The notes under the pieces are model-generated. The model was not told the origin of the DNA. It searched no databases and worked only from the letters and a program-made list of their open reading frames with translations. The position numbers and the translations under genes were made by a program. This document shows positions 41,334 to 49,813 of a stretch of DNA of 64,000 bases, in pieces. The DNA lies in assembly GCA_030650275.1 (NCBI GenBank), contig JAUSEK010000011.1, positions 9,890 through 73,889 on the forward strand, written 5' to 3'. How positions within the stretch are numbered: position 1 is the stretch's first letter; every line of letters starts with the position of its first letter. Source of the stretch: Candidatus Omnitrophota bacterium (GTDB taxonomy: Bacteria > Omnitrophota > Gorgyraeia > Zapsychrales > Fredricksoniimonadaceae).

Positions 41334-41921
41334 ATGAAGGTAGTTTTTTTAGATAGAGACGGCGTCATCAATGAATTCCCCGGCAACGGCAGTTACGTGA
41401 CCAAGGTGAAGGATTTTCATTTTATCCCCGGCGCCCTGGAAGCGATCCGCGGCCTGACGCAAAGCGGGTGCAAGATATTTGTCATTTCCAACCAGGCCGG
41501 CGTGGGCAAGGGCGTTTATTCCATGGACAAGCTCAAGCGCATTGACCGGCACATGGTCAAAAATGTGAACAAGGCCGGGGGGACGATCGCCAAAAGTTTT
41601 TACTGCACCCACCGTTCCGACGCGGGCTGCGATTGCCGCAAGCCCGGCATAGGCCTGCTGCGCAAGGCGCTTAAAGGCCTGAACAAGACCATTGCCCACG
41701 CGCAGGAGGCATTCTTCGTCGGGGACACCGAAGGGGACATCAAGACCGGGCACAATGCCGGATGCAAGACCATTTTCGCGCTCTCCGGCCGGGAAAACCG
41801 CCGGTATATGCGCAAATGGGAAGTCAAACCCGACCACATCGTCAAGGACCTTAAGGCCGCCGCCGCCCTCATCCATGATGAACATTCTCGTCATCCACGC
41901 AACGGCCGGAGCCGGGCATAA
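41334..41921 (+). CDS. gmhB: D-glycero-D-manno-heptose 1,7-bisphosphate phosphatase (HAD family)
   Basis: FLDRDGVIN HAD motif I, CDCRKP Zn site. Confidence 0.75.
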   Translation: MKVVFLDRDGVINEFPGNGSYVTKVKDFHFIPGALEAIRGLTQSGCKIFVISNQAGVGKGVYSMDKLKRIDRHMVKNVNKAGGTIAKSFYCTHRSDAGCDCRKPGIGLLRKALKGLNKTIAHAQEAFFVGDTEGDIKTGHNAGCKTIFALSGRENRRYMRKWEVKPDHIVKDLKAAAALIHDEHSRHPRNGRSRA

Positions 41922-42960
41922 AAAAGCCGCCGAGGCCATTTTCAACGAACTTCAACGAACGCCCCACCATGTCCGCATCGCGGACGCCCTGGATTATACC
42001 CATCCATTCTTTAAAAAGTCCTACGTATTTGCCTATGTTTTCTTGGTGACAAAACTTCCGTGGCTGTGGCAATTCTTTTTCGGACTGCTGGACATCCCGG
42101 CGCTGTGGCCTTTGGTGCGTTGGGTGCGGCGCGTTTATAATGGGACCAATGCCGGGGCCCTGGAAAAATTTCTAACCACCGAACAGTTTGACGTCATCAT
42201 CTGCACGCATTTTTTGGCCGCCGAGGTCCTGGCCTATTTGAAACGCGCGGGGCGCATCCGCGCCAGGGTGATCTGTGCGGTCACGGATTTTGACGTGCAC
42301 CGCATCTGGGTCAATGAAGGCATTGACGTTTATGCCGTGGCCTGCGACTACACCAGGGACAAAATGCTGGCCTTAGGCGTGCCTGCCACGAAAATATCCG
42401 TCACCGGCATTCCCATTGACGGGAAATTTTCTGAATCTTACGACATCGGCGCGTTGCAACGGAAATTGGGACTGCGGGAAGGGCTTTTGACCATACTGAT
42501 CGCCACCGGTTCTTTCGGCATGGGGCCCATCGCCGCGTTGATCGGGCTTTTAAAGGACCATCAACTCATTGTTGTCTGCGGGCACAATAAAATTTTGTTT
42601 GAGGATTTAAAGGGCAGGGCCGGCAAGGACACGCATGTGATGGGTTTGGTGGACAATATGCCGGAATTGATGGCTGTTGCCGACGTCCTGGTGACCAAGC
42701 CCGGCGGGCTTTCCATTGCCGAGGCCCTGGCTAGAAAGTTGCCGATGATCTTTTTCAGCGCCATCCCGGGCCAGGAAACCGGCAATATCCGCGTGCTTAA
42801 GACCTATGGCGTGGGCAGGGGCCAATGTGCTCCCCAAGAGATCGTCCGCATCATTGATGACTGGAGCTCTTCGCCGCGGATCTTGCGGCGCCTGAAAGAC
42901 GATCTTGCCATCCTTTCCAAACCCAACGCGGCCGCTGATATTGTCCGTCTCATAACCTAA
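41875..42960 (+). CDS. GT28-family glycosyltransferase (MGDG synthase/UgtP/MurG-like)
   Basis: MMNILVIHATAGAGHKKAAEAI N-terminus; start chosen at M62 of ORF 41692 (upstream extension lies within gmhB in another frame); 47-bp overlap with gmhB. Confidence 0.7.
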   Translation: MMNILVIHATAGAGHKKAAEAIFNELQRTPHHVRIADALDYTHPFFKKSYVFAYVFLVTKLPWLWQFFFGLLDIPALWPLVRWVRRVYNGTNAGALEKFLTTEQFDVIICTHFLAAEVLAYLKRAGRIRARVICAVTDFDVHRIWVNEGIDVYAVACDYTRDKMLALGVPATKISVTGIPIDGKFSESYDIGALQRKLGLREGLLTILIATGSFGMGPIAALIGLLKDHQLIVVCGHNKILFEDLKGRAGKDTHVMGLVDNMPELMAVADVLVTKPGGLSIAEALARKLPMIFFSAIPGQETGNIRVLKTYGVGRGQCAPQEIVRIIDDWSSSPRILRRLKDDLAILSKPNAAADIVRLIT

Positions 42961-43083
42961 AGGTCAAACGCCATAGATATGGCTATTTAGCAAAGATGGA
43001 AAGGACGCACGGGGCCTTTGATATAATTCTTGACATCTTTCCCGTTTTGGTCTATTATTCTAACAATTCACTTATTCTACAAT

Positions 43084-43710
43084 ATGGTTAAGAAACTAAA
43101 TCGTATACAAGTTCAAGAAAAGCTAAAAAACAGCGGCCTCGTGATTTTTACGCCCCGCGAGTTTTATGACGTCTTTGACGTCTCGCCAAAGACGGGGTCG
43201 GTTTTCATCTCCCGCAACATCAAGAGTGGGCTGTTCTTAAAGCTGCGTAATAATTATTATATACTCAAAGACAGCCATCCATCTCTTTATACGATTGCCA
43301 ATAAGCTTTATCAGCCTTCCTATATTTCCCTTGAATCGGCGCTTTCACATTACGGCATTATTCCCGAGGTCGTTTATGCTGTCACCTCGGTTACACCTAA
43401 GCCGACCCGCGAATTTAAAACACCCAAAGGAGTCTTTTCCTATCAACGGATTAAAAAAGGAATATTCACCGGGTACAGTCCGGTCACTCTGGAAGGCCAT
43501 GTGGTTTTATTGGCAGAGCCTGAAAAAGCCCTTGTCGATTATCTCTATTTTGTGGATCTTAAGAAAATATCGCTTAATGACCGCTTGGACCTTAAAAAGA
43601 TCAACAAAGGAAAGCTCTTGAAGTTTGTCCGGATTTTCAAACGCAAGGGTCTCCTCAAAAAAGTCACGGAAATTTATGCTGAGCAAAGAAAACCTAGAAA
43701 AATTTACTAA
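43084..43710 (+). CDS. AbiEi-family antitoxin/transcriptional regulator
   Basis: Paired with AbiEii-like NTase gene; N-terminal wHTH-like region; low GC. Confidence 0.55.
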   Translation: MVKKLNRIQVQEKLKNSGLVIFTPREFYDVFDVSPKTGSVFISRNIKSGLFLKLRNNYYILKDSHPSLYTIANKLYQPSYISLESALSHYGIIPEVVYAVTSVTPKPTREFKTPKGVFSYQRIKKGIFTGYSPVTLEGHVVLLAEPEKALVDYLYFVDLKKISLNDRLDLKKINKGKLLKFVRIFKRKGLLKKVTEIYAEQRKPRKIY

Positions 43711-44398
43711 ACTTCAACAGACATCGACCCAGAACGTGGTGCGCGAATATTGTCAGCACCTCTTTTTGTCTTACCTTTATCAAAATCCCGGTTCAGAAAA
43801 GTTGCTTTTTAAGGGTGGGACGGCCTTGCGTATTATCCTAAAAAGTCCCCGCTTTTCAGAAGACCTGGATTTTACAGGGGCAGGTATTACTCATAAAGAA
43901 ATCGAGGAATTATTTACGAATACACTGGCTAATATAGAAAAGACCGGAATGCCCGTCCATGTCACGGAAGCCACAGGAACGACAGGCGGTTATCTGGGAA
44001 TTGCCATATTCGAGGCATATGACATGAAGATAAACGTTCAGATCGAAGTTTCGTTGAGAAGAGGTAAGGCATTTAAGAAGACAAGGGCCCTGATCACAAG
44101 CGGCTACATTCCGGCCTACACTCTTGTACATCTGGATCTGGATGACATTATCCTCGGCAAGCTTGATGCGCTGCTGGACAGACACAAGCCGCGCGATTTT
44201 TATGACTATTTCTTTCTTTTGTCCGGTGATTATCCTGCGGCAAGGACTAAAGAAAATTTAAAAAAGGTGCTGAAACTCCTGCAAAAAGAAAACACCAATT
44301 TTCAAACAGAGTTAAAGAAGTTTCTTCCCGCAAGCCACACCATGCACCTGCGGGATTTTAAGAAGGTGTTAGAAAAGAAAATTTTGGCGTACCTTTAA
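43676..44398 (+). CDS. AbiEii/AbiGii-family nucleotidyltransferase toxin (DUF1814)
   Basis: LLFKGGTALRIILKSPRFSEDLDFT NTase motif; overlaps upstream gene by 35 bp. Confidence 0.65.
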   Translation: MLSKENLEKFTKLQQTSTQNVVREYCQHLFLSYLYQNPGSEKLLFKGGTALRIILKSPRFSEDLDFTGAGITHKEIEELFTNTLANIEKTGMPVHVTEATGTTGGYLGIAIFEAYDMKINVQIEVSLRRGKAFKKTRALITSGYIPAYTLVHLDLDDIILGKLDALLDRHKPRDFYDYFFLLSGDYPAARTKENLKKVLKLLQKENTNFQTELKKFLPASHTMHLRDFKKVLEKKILAYL

Positions 44399-44453
44399 GG
44401 AAAATTACTCAATTTACGGAGTAGAATGGTGAAAGAAGAGGAGGCTATTTTAC

Positions 44454-44678
44454 ATGCACGAAATGGCTTACAAAGTTAAAGCGGATTTTTTGAGAGTTTT
44501 GAGTCACCCTATTCGCTTGAGATTAATTGAAGAACTTAAAGCAGGTGAAAAAAGCGTGGGGTATCTTGTCGCTAAATTAAAGATCGGCCAGTCGAATATT
44601 TCCCGTCATCTTTTGGCTTTGCGCAATGCCGGAATATTATCTTCCCGACAGGAAAAGACATGTTTATCCTTGACATAA
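44454..44678 (+). CDS. ArsR/SmtB-family HTH regulator, apparently C-terminally truncated (74 aa)
   Basis: LRVLSHPIRLRLIEEL...SNISRHLLALRNAGIL HTH; ends where the wing strand normally continues. Confidence 0.5.
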   Translation: MHEMAYKVKADFLRVLSHPIRLRLIEELKAGEKSVGYLVAKLKIGQSNISRHLLALRNAGILSSRQEKTCLSLT

Positions 44679-44730
44679 ATATGGATTTTATTTTAGTATA
44701 CATATATTCGAATATAATAAAGGAAGATAC

Positions 44731-46077
44731 TTGCGGAATCTCTTTCGTGGTCTCGGGATCTATTTAGCGTTTTTTCTTTTAACTTCCGTTTCATTTGCCG
44801 AGATTTCCCACAAAGAGTTTCTTTCCAGCAATTTCATCAAATCTTTCAAGAATCAAGAATACAAAAAAGCGCTTAAAGAAGCGAATGAACTTCTTAAAAC
44901 ACATCCCAACGATCCACTGATTCTCCGTTACCGTGCTCTCACTTTAGAAAAACTTCACCATCCTGCCGAAGCGATCAGCCTCTATCATGAGATTTTAGCG
45001 GCCCACCCTTACGATGAGCCCGCGCGTTTATTTTTAGGATTGGCGTATATTAAGGAAGGAGAAAATCACAAGGCGGCCGCAGAACTACATCAGGTGGTTA
45101 AGCATAGCACTCTTGCGGAATACCGGCATTGGGCGCAGGAACAATTAGACCGCCTGCATGCACATGAGGTTTCTCGCGGCAAATCCATCAAAAAGAAAGT
45201 TTATGTTGTGGGAAAAACCGGCGTTGTCTATGACAGCAATCCTTTGTTCACTCCCGATGATAAAGGTCTATCCTCGACTGAAAGAAACCCGGCGGCGCTT
45301 TATTTGTTTGAACTGAGTGCCGGATACCCTCTGCGGCTGGAAAGAGATGCCCGTGTAGATATTTTGTATATTGGCCAACAGTATTCTCATAGCCATGGCG
45401 CCCATCAGGTGGATTTTACTTCCAATGGTTTTGCTCTGGATTCCAAAAAGCGTACCTTTGCCGGAAAACGGCCATTCTTATTAGGCGGCCGTTATGATTT
45501 TCGCGCGAATTTTTTAAGAAGTGATCTGTTTTCTATTGTTAATCGATTTTTTGTCAGCGCCGACACTTCCTTTTGGCACAAGACATTGACGCATTTTTTC
45601 GCGCGTTTTGCCGTTTCCAATTACGGTCCCGATGGCGCGGATCCTGACCAATCTTCCCGTGACGGCATCCGCGAAGCCATCGGCATGACGCAATATTTTT
45701 ATACCAAAAGCCGCAAAACTTTTTTCTTTATCAAAGGGGAAGGTGATTTTAACCAAACCCGCGGAGAAAACTTTAACCGTCAAGGCGTCCTGGCAACCGT
45801 TGGTTTTCATACGCCGTTTTTGCGCTTGCACAAAACCGATTTGGACGTGTCCAGTTCTTTTAATTGGGGAGTCTATCCTGAGTTTACATCGCTGTCTTCG
45901 TTAGACCCGGAAGGGCGGCGCGATACAGGGTGGGATGTTTATGCCGGCGTGACGCGTCATTGGAAGCCAAATCTGGCAACGCGCGTTTTTTATCGTTTTA
46001 TTAATTCAGCAAATAGTAATGATTTATTGGATCACAGCCGCCATCTCGCGGGTGTAGAGGTGATTTTTTCATTTTGA
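44731..46077 (+). CDS. TPR-repeat protein with C-terminal outer-membrane beta-barrel-like domain
   Basis: Signal peptide, TPR helices in first ~150 aa, alternating amphipathic strands and C-terminal ...GVEVIFSF (terminal aromatic); TTG start with RBS AAGGAAG. Confidence 0.5.
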   Translation: MRNLFRGLGIYLAFFLLTSVSFAEISHKEFLSSNFIKSFKNQEYKKALKEANELLKTHPNDPLILRYRALTLEKLHHPAEAISLYHEILAAHPYDEPARLFLGLAYIKEGENHKAAAELHQVVKHSTLAEYRHWAQEQLDRLHAHEVSRGKSIKKKVYVVGKTGVVYDSNPLFTPDDKGLSSTERNPAALYLFELSAGYPLRLERDARVDILYIGQQYSHSHGAHQVDFTSNGFALDSKKRTFAGKRPFLLGGRYDFRANFLRSDLFSIVNRFFVSADTSFWHKTLTHFFARFAVSNYGPDGADPDQSSRDGIREAIGMTQYFYTKSRKTFFFIKGEGDFNQTRGENFNRQGVLATVGFHTPFLRLHKTDLDVSSSFNWGVYPEFTSLSSLDPEGRRDTGWDVYAGVTRHWKPNLATRVFYRFINSANSNDLLDHSRHLAGVEVIFSF

Positions 46078-46096
46078 AAGTTAAAGGGATAAAAAT

Positions 46097-47287
46097 ATGT
46101 ATAACAGGATAATAATTTTCTGTGGAATTTTGTTGTTGATGTCCGGGTTTGCTTCTTTGGCGCCAGGCGCCGACAGGAATGTGCCCATCGATCAGGCAGT
46201 GGGCGGCATGGAGCAAGGAAGCCGAATTCAATCACCGGGAAGTTATAGCAATAAAGGCGTCACTTCAAGCAACCAGGGCGGCACGACAGGTTCTATAACC
46301 GATCGCCATACAGTTTTTCAGGAATCTGAAAAAGTGACAACGGCAGACCACCAAGGTAAAAATATTTCCGGCGGTGGAAACCACGGGGTCCTTTATCAGG
46401 CCGGACGTGAACAAACAAATGATCCCTCAACTGCCGGCACTCCAACGGTACCCTCAGGACAGGCGGGTGTAGAAACTCAAGAAGGTAATGGTGGAATTCT
46501 AGTCGGCGGGGAAACGTCTCCAACAGGTCAAGTCGAAACCGGAGAAATCAGTACAGGGATTGAGAGCCCGGAAACCGCGCCCGAAGAATCATCAAGCGAT
46601 CCAAGCAATCCCATTGTCGGAGTTGATGCCGAGGTAAGTCCTGAGTCCGGAACGGTTGAAGCTGATACAGCAATTGATACCAGCGGTGAACTGGAAGAGA
46701 GGCAGATTCTCGATGCCGATCTGACGGGAGAAACAACGGGTTCGGTAGGGGCGGAAGTCGGCAGCGCGACCGACATTACTGCGGCAGATCTCGTTGAAGA
46801 ATCAGACATAACGACTCAACTGGTTACCGAGACCATAGGGCAACTTGATGTCGGACAAACAAGTGGTTCAGGGACAACAGGCATGGAGGAATCACCGGGC
46901 ACTTCGGGTGACCCAATTGTTGATCTTGATACCAATATCAATCCGGAGTCAGGCACTACCGATGCCAGTTTTGATTTAGATACCCGTGGTGAACTTGAAG
47001 ATACGCAAATTTTGGAATTAGATTTGGCAGCAGAGGATGTAACTTCTATTGATACCGATCTGGGAAGCGCCTCAGGACTCACTGAATCAGAAACGGTTGG
47101 GAGTTTGGACGTAACGACCGAGACCGTGGAAAGCCTTATTCCCGCTCCTGCGGATTTGGTCGCGGAGATCGACACAACAGGGCAGACGGTCGGAGCAGAA
47201 GTAGATACTGGAATAGCGGCTGATGTGGAAGGGATGAGCGAGGGTGAAGATGTCGTCAGCGACCCGGCCGATGGGCTTGGCCTTTAG
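46097..47287 (+). CDS. Secreted acidic low-complexity protein with two ~85-aa tandem repeats
   Basis: Signal peptide; T/S/G/E/D-rich; repeat PIVGVDAEVSPESGTVEADTAIDTSGELEERQILDADL... vs PIVDLDTNINPESGTTDASFDLDTRGELEDTQILELDL... Confidence 0.5.
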   Translation: MYNRIIIFCGILLLMSGFASLAPGADRNVPIDQAVGGMEQGSRIQSPGSYSNKGVTSSNQGGTTGSITDRHTVFQESEKVTTADHQGKNISGGGNHGVLYQAGREQTNDPSTAGTPTVPSGQAGVETQEGNGGILVGGETSPTGQVETGEISTGIESPETAPEESSSDPSNPIVGVDAEVSPESGTVEADTAIDTSGELEERQILDADLTGETTGSVGAEVGSATDITAADLVEESDITTQLVTETIGQLDVGQTSGSGTTGMEESPGTSGDPIVDLDTNINPESGTTDASFDLDTRGELEDTQILELDLAAEDVTSIDTDLGSASGLTESETVGSLDVTTETVESLIPAPADLVAEIDTTGQTVGAEVDTGIAADVEGMSEGEDVVSDPADGLGL

Positions 47288-47479
47288 CCTATGCCAGCAC
47301 TGTGCTAGTCGAGACCTCTTATAACCTGAAGGTCAGGGGTTCAAAATAATTGACTTTGATTGTTTTTGTTGTAGGATAACATCATATTGATGTTGCACAA
47401 GTCCCTATCAAACCTTCGCAGGGCTGAGAGTTTTTCAGCAGGGCGAGGGTTTTTTATTTTATTAACGAAAGGACTACAT

Positions 47480-47905
47480 ATGAGTTTAAACAGCGTAAAC
47501 ATCATGGGCAATTTGACGCGGGACCCGGAGATGAAATACATCCCCTCGGGAAAAGCGGTGTGCGGCCTCTCCATCGCCAACAATCGCGTGTACACCAAAA
47601 ACGGCGAGAAAGTGACCGAAGTTTCCTATTTTGATGTTGATGTGTGGGGCCCTGCGGCGGAGAATTGCTCCAAATATTTGACCAAGGGAAGCGGTATTAT
47701 TGTGGAAGGCCGCCTGCGGCAAGACCGCTGGGAGAAGGAAGGCAAGACCCAGAGCCGCGTGCGGATCACAGCGAACGCCGTTCATTTTCTGTCCAAGAAG
47801 CAAAACAATACCGCGGGGCCGGACCCGGCCGCGTCCCCCGATAGGCCTGCTGAAACCCAAACGGCCGGAGTCACATCTCCGGAAGACATTGCGTGGCAGG
47901 AGTAG
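47480..47905 (+). CDS. ssb: Single-stranded DNA-binding protein
   Basis: OB-fold SSB pattern MGNLTRDPEMKYIPSGKAVCGLSIA...VDVWGPAAENC...RITANAVHF; RBS GAAAGGAC; start at M32 of ORF 47387. Confidence 0.85.
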   Translation: MSLNSVNIMGNLTRDPEMKYIPSGKAVCGLSIANNRVYTKNGEKVTEVSYFDVDVWGPAAENCSKYLTKGSGIIVEGRLRQDRWEKEGKTQSRVRITANAVHFLSKKQNNTAGPDPAASPDRPAETQTAGVTSPEDIAWQE

Positions 47906-47995
47906 AGGTGTGAATCCAAGAAAGTAACAGTAGTGGTGAATGCGAGGTTTAGTATTGAGTGATCATAGTTAGAAATTTGGGTTATATATAATTGA

Positions 47996-49813
47996 ATGGC
48001 CCCTCATAAAATGATCGCCCAAGTCGTTTTTGACCTGCCCCTGGAAGGGCCGTTCGATTATGCCGTGCCGCCTGAATTTGAGGCAGGCATTGCCGTCGGT
48101 CAAAGGGTGTCGGTGGTTTTGGGACACGCGTCCAGCATCGGGTATGTGGCAGGGTTGGCGGACACCAGCGCCATTAAGAATTTAAAACCCATCCGCGCTA
48201 TTTTGGACGTTTCTCCCGTCATTGATGACCCTTTGCAACAGTTGGCCAGGCGTATGGAGGCCGCGTACGGGTGTTCGTTGGGCCAGGCCATCGGGCTTAT
48301 GGTGCCGCGCTTGTTACGGGCCGGGCGCAGGATGGAAAAGGTGTGGCCAGGGCATGTTCTGGATCCCCGACAAAAACTTTCGGGAATGACAAGTGGGGAT
48401 GACAGTTTTTGGATAGATTCCGTCCACAAGACATTGGACCAGAAACGGACGGCTATCGTTCTGGCGCCGGATGTTTTTGCCATGGAGCGGCTGCATCCGT
48501 TGCTGCAGACAGCGTTCGTCGGCGTTCCAATTCTTTTCCATCAGCCGCGCACACCTAAAGAAGAACTGGACCAGTGGACAAGAACGCGGTCAGGGGAATT
48601 CAGGATCGTCGTGGGAACAAGGTCTGCTGTTTTTACTCCTTTGCTGGACATGGGGTTGGTCGTCATGACCGACGAGGGCGATCCTTCGTACCGCGAAGAA
48701 CAAACACCTTTTTACGAAGCCCGGGATGTGGCCTTGATGCGCGCGCAAATCGAAGGGGCACAGGTGGTCGCCACAGGGCCGACCCCGTCGGTGGAGATTT
48801 GGCATGCCTTGGGCGCCGGGACACCGGCTGCTGCCGCGTCCGGCGCTGAAATACAGATCGTGGACCTCTCCAATTATAAGTATCTGGAGAAAGGAATGAT
48901 CTCCCTTGTCCTGCGCAGCCGTTTGGAGGAGGCGTTGAACGCAAAAGCTCAAAGCGTTCTGGTCCTCAACCGCCGCGGGCTTTATGCCGTGACCCGATGC
49001 ATGGAATGCGCCCTGGTCCTGTCCTGTCCGCGTTGTTCATCGGCCATGACCTTCTCACGCGCAGGCAAACAATACGTCTGTCCCCATTGCCCATCGGTCA
49101 TGCCGCCGGACACGCCTTGCCCCAAATGTCAAAAGCCGAATTGGAGGTCTTTCGGAATGGGTGTTGAGAAAATACAAAGTGAATTGAATATCCTGTTCCC
49201 CCAGGCAAAGGTGGTGACCTTTGAGCGGGGGGATTCGGACCTGCCGGACGGGGACATTTTGATCGCCACCCAGGCCGTCCTGCGTTTTAAGGACCGCTTG
49301 AAACCGCGCCTCGCGGCCCTGGTGGATATGGACAGCGAATTGAACCGCTTGGACATGCGTTCTTCCTATCGGTCCTGGGCCTTGGCCGTGCATTTAAGGG
49401 CCATGGCGCAAAAAACGCTCATCGTGCAGACGCGCAACAGCACACATCATGTGTTAAGGGCTCTGGCCGCGGATGATGCCCGTATTTTTTACGACGAGGA
49501 AATACGTTTGAGGAAAGAACTGGGTTTTTCGCCTTTTGCCCATTGGGCGGCCGTGACCGTGCGCGCCAGGCAGGAAAAATCCGCCATGAGTTTTGCGCGG
49601 GATGTGTATAATGTTCTCGTTGCTGTTTCAGGGCAGGGGATGCAGATCTTGGAACCAGGGCCCGGCATCCCGGCGAAAATGCGCGGCCAGTACCGCTTTA
49701 AGGTTTTGGTGCAAGGCCCGCGCGCCGAAGATATCACGGCTGTTATTAAAGCGGCTTTGGCCAAGGTCAAACGCAGCGGCCGTTTGATCGTGACCGTCGA
49801 GGTGGACCCATGA
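47996..49813 (+). CDS. priA: Primosomal protein N' (PriA) homologue with no Walker A or DExH motifs (predicted ATPase-dead pseudohelicase)
   Basis: PriA N-terminal 3'-DNA-binding region (VVFDLPLEGPFDYAVP), IVVGTRSAVFTP, Cys-rich Zn-binding region (CMECALVLSCPRC...CPHC...CPKC); but no GxGKT P-loop (DSVHKTLDQKRTAIVLAP) and DEEH replaced by TDEGD. Confidence 0.7.
   Translation: MAPHKMIAQVVFDLPLEGPFDYAVPPEFEAGIAVGQRVSVVLGHASSIGYVAGLADTSAIKNLKPIRAILDVSPVIDDPLQQLARRMEAAYGCSLGQAIGLMVPRLLRAGRRMEKVWPGHVLDPRQKLSGMTSGDDSFWIDSVHKTLDQKRTAIVLAPDVFAMERLHPLLQTAFVGVPILFHQPRTPKEELDQWTRTRSGEFRIVVGTRSAVFTPLLDMGLVVMTDEGDPSYREEQTPFYEARDVALMRAQIEGAQVVATGPTPSVEIWHALGAGTPAAAASGAEIQIVDLSNYKYLEKGMISLVLRSRLEEALNAKAQSVLVLNRRGLYAVTRCMECALVLSCPRCSSAMTFSRAGKQYVCPHCPSVMPPDTPCPKCQKPNWRSFGMGVEKIQSELNILFPQAKVVTFERGDSDLPDGDILIATQAVLRFKDRLKPRLAALVDMDSELNRLDMRSSYRSWALAVHLRAMAQKTLIVQTRNSTHHVLRALAADDARIFYDEEIRLRKELGFSPFAHWAAVTVRARQEKSAMSFARDVYNVLVAVSGQGMQILEPGPGIPAKMRGQYRFKVLVQGPRAEDITAVIKAALAKVKRSGRLIVTVEVDP

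Noticed and set aside
41692-41874. N-terminal 61-aa extension of the GT28 glycosyltransferase ORF as given in the ORF track
   Set aside because: The extension lies inside gmhB in a different frame and is Pro/Ser/Arg-rich with no homology. The conserved glycosyltransferase N-terminus starts at M62 (41875).
44454-44678. Rescuing a full-length ArsR by assuming a frameshift near 44650
   Set aside because: None of the alternative frames continues with the expected wing sequence (GKxVYYSL-like). The gene appears genuinely truncated or is a short variant, so it is not called a frameshift pseudogene.
47300-47345. tRNA-like fragment GGTCAGGGGTTCAAAA upstream of ssb
   Set aside because: It resembles a tRNA T-arm/3' end, but no complementary T-stem, acceptor stem or CCA can be drawn. 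It is kept only as a possible att-site remnant in the island finding, not as a tRNA gene.
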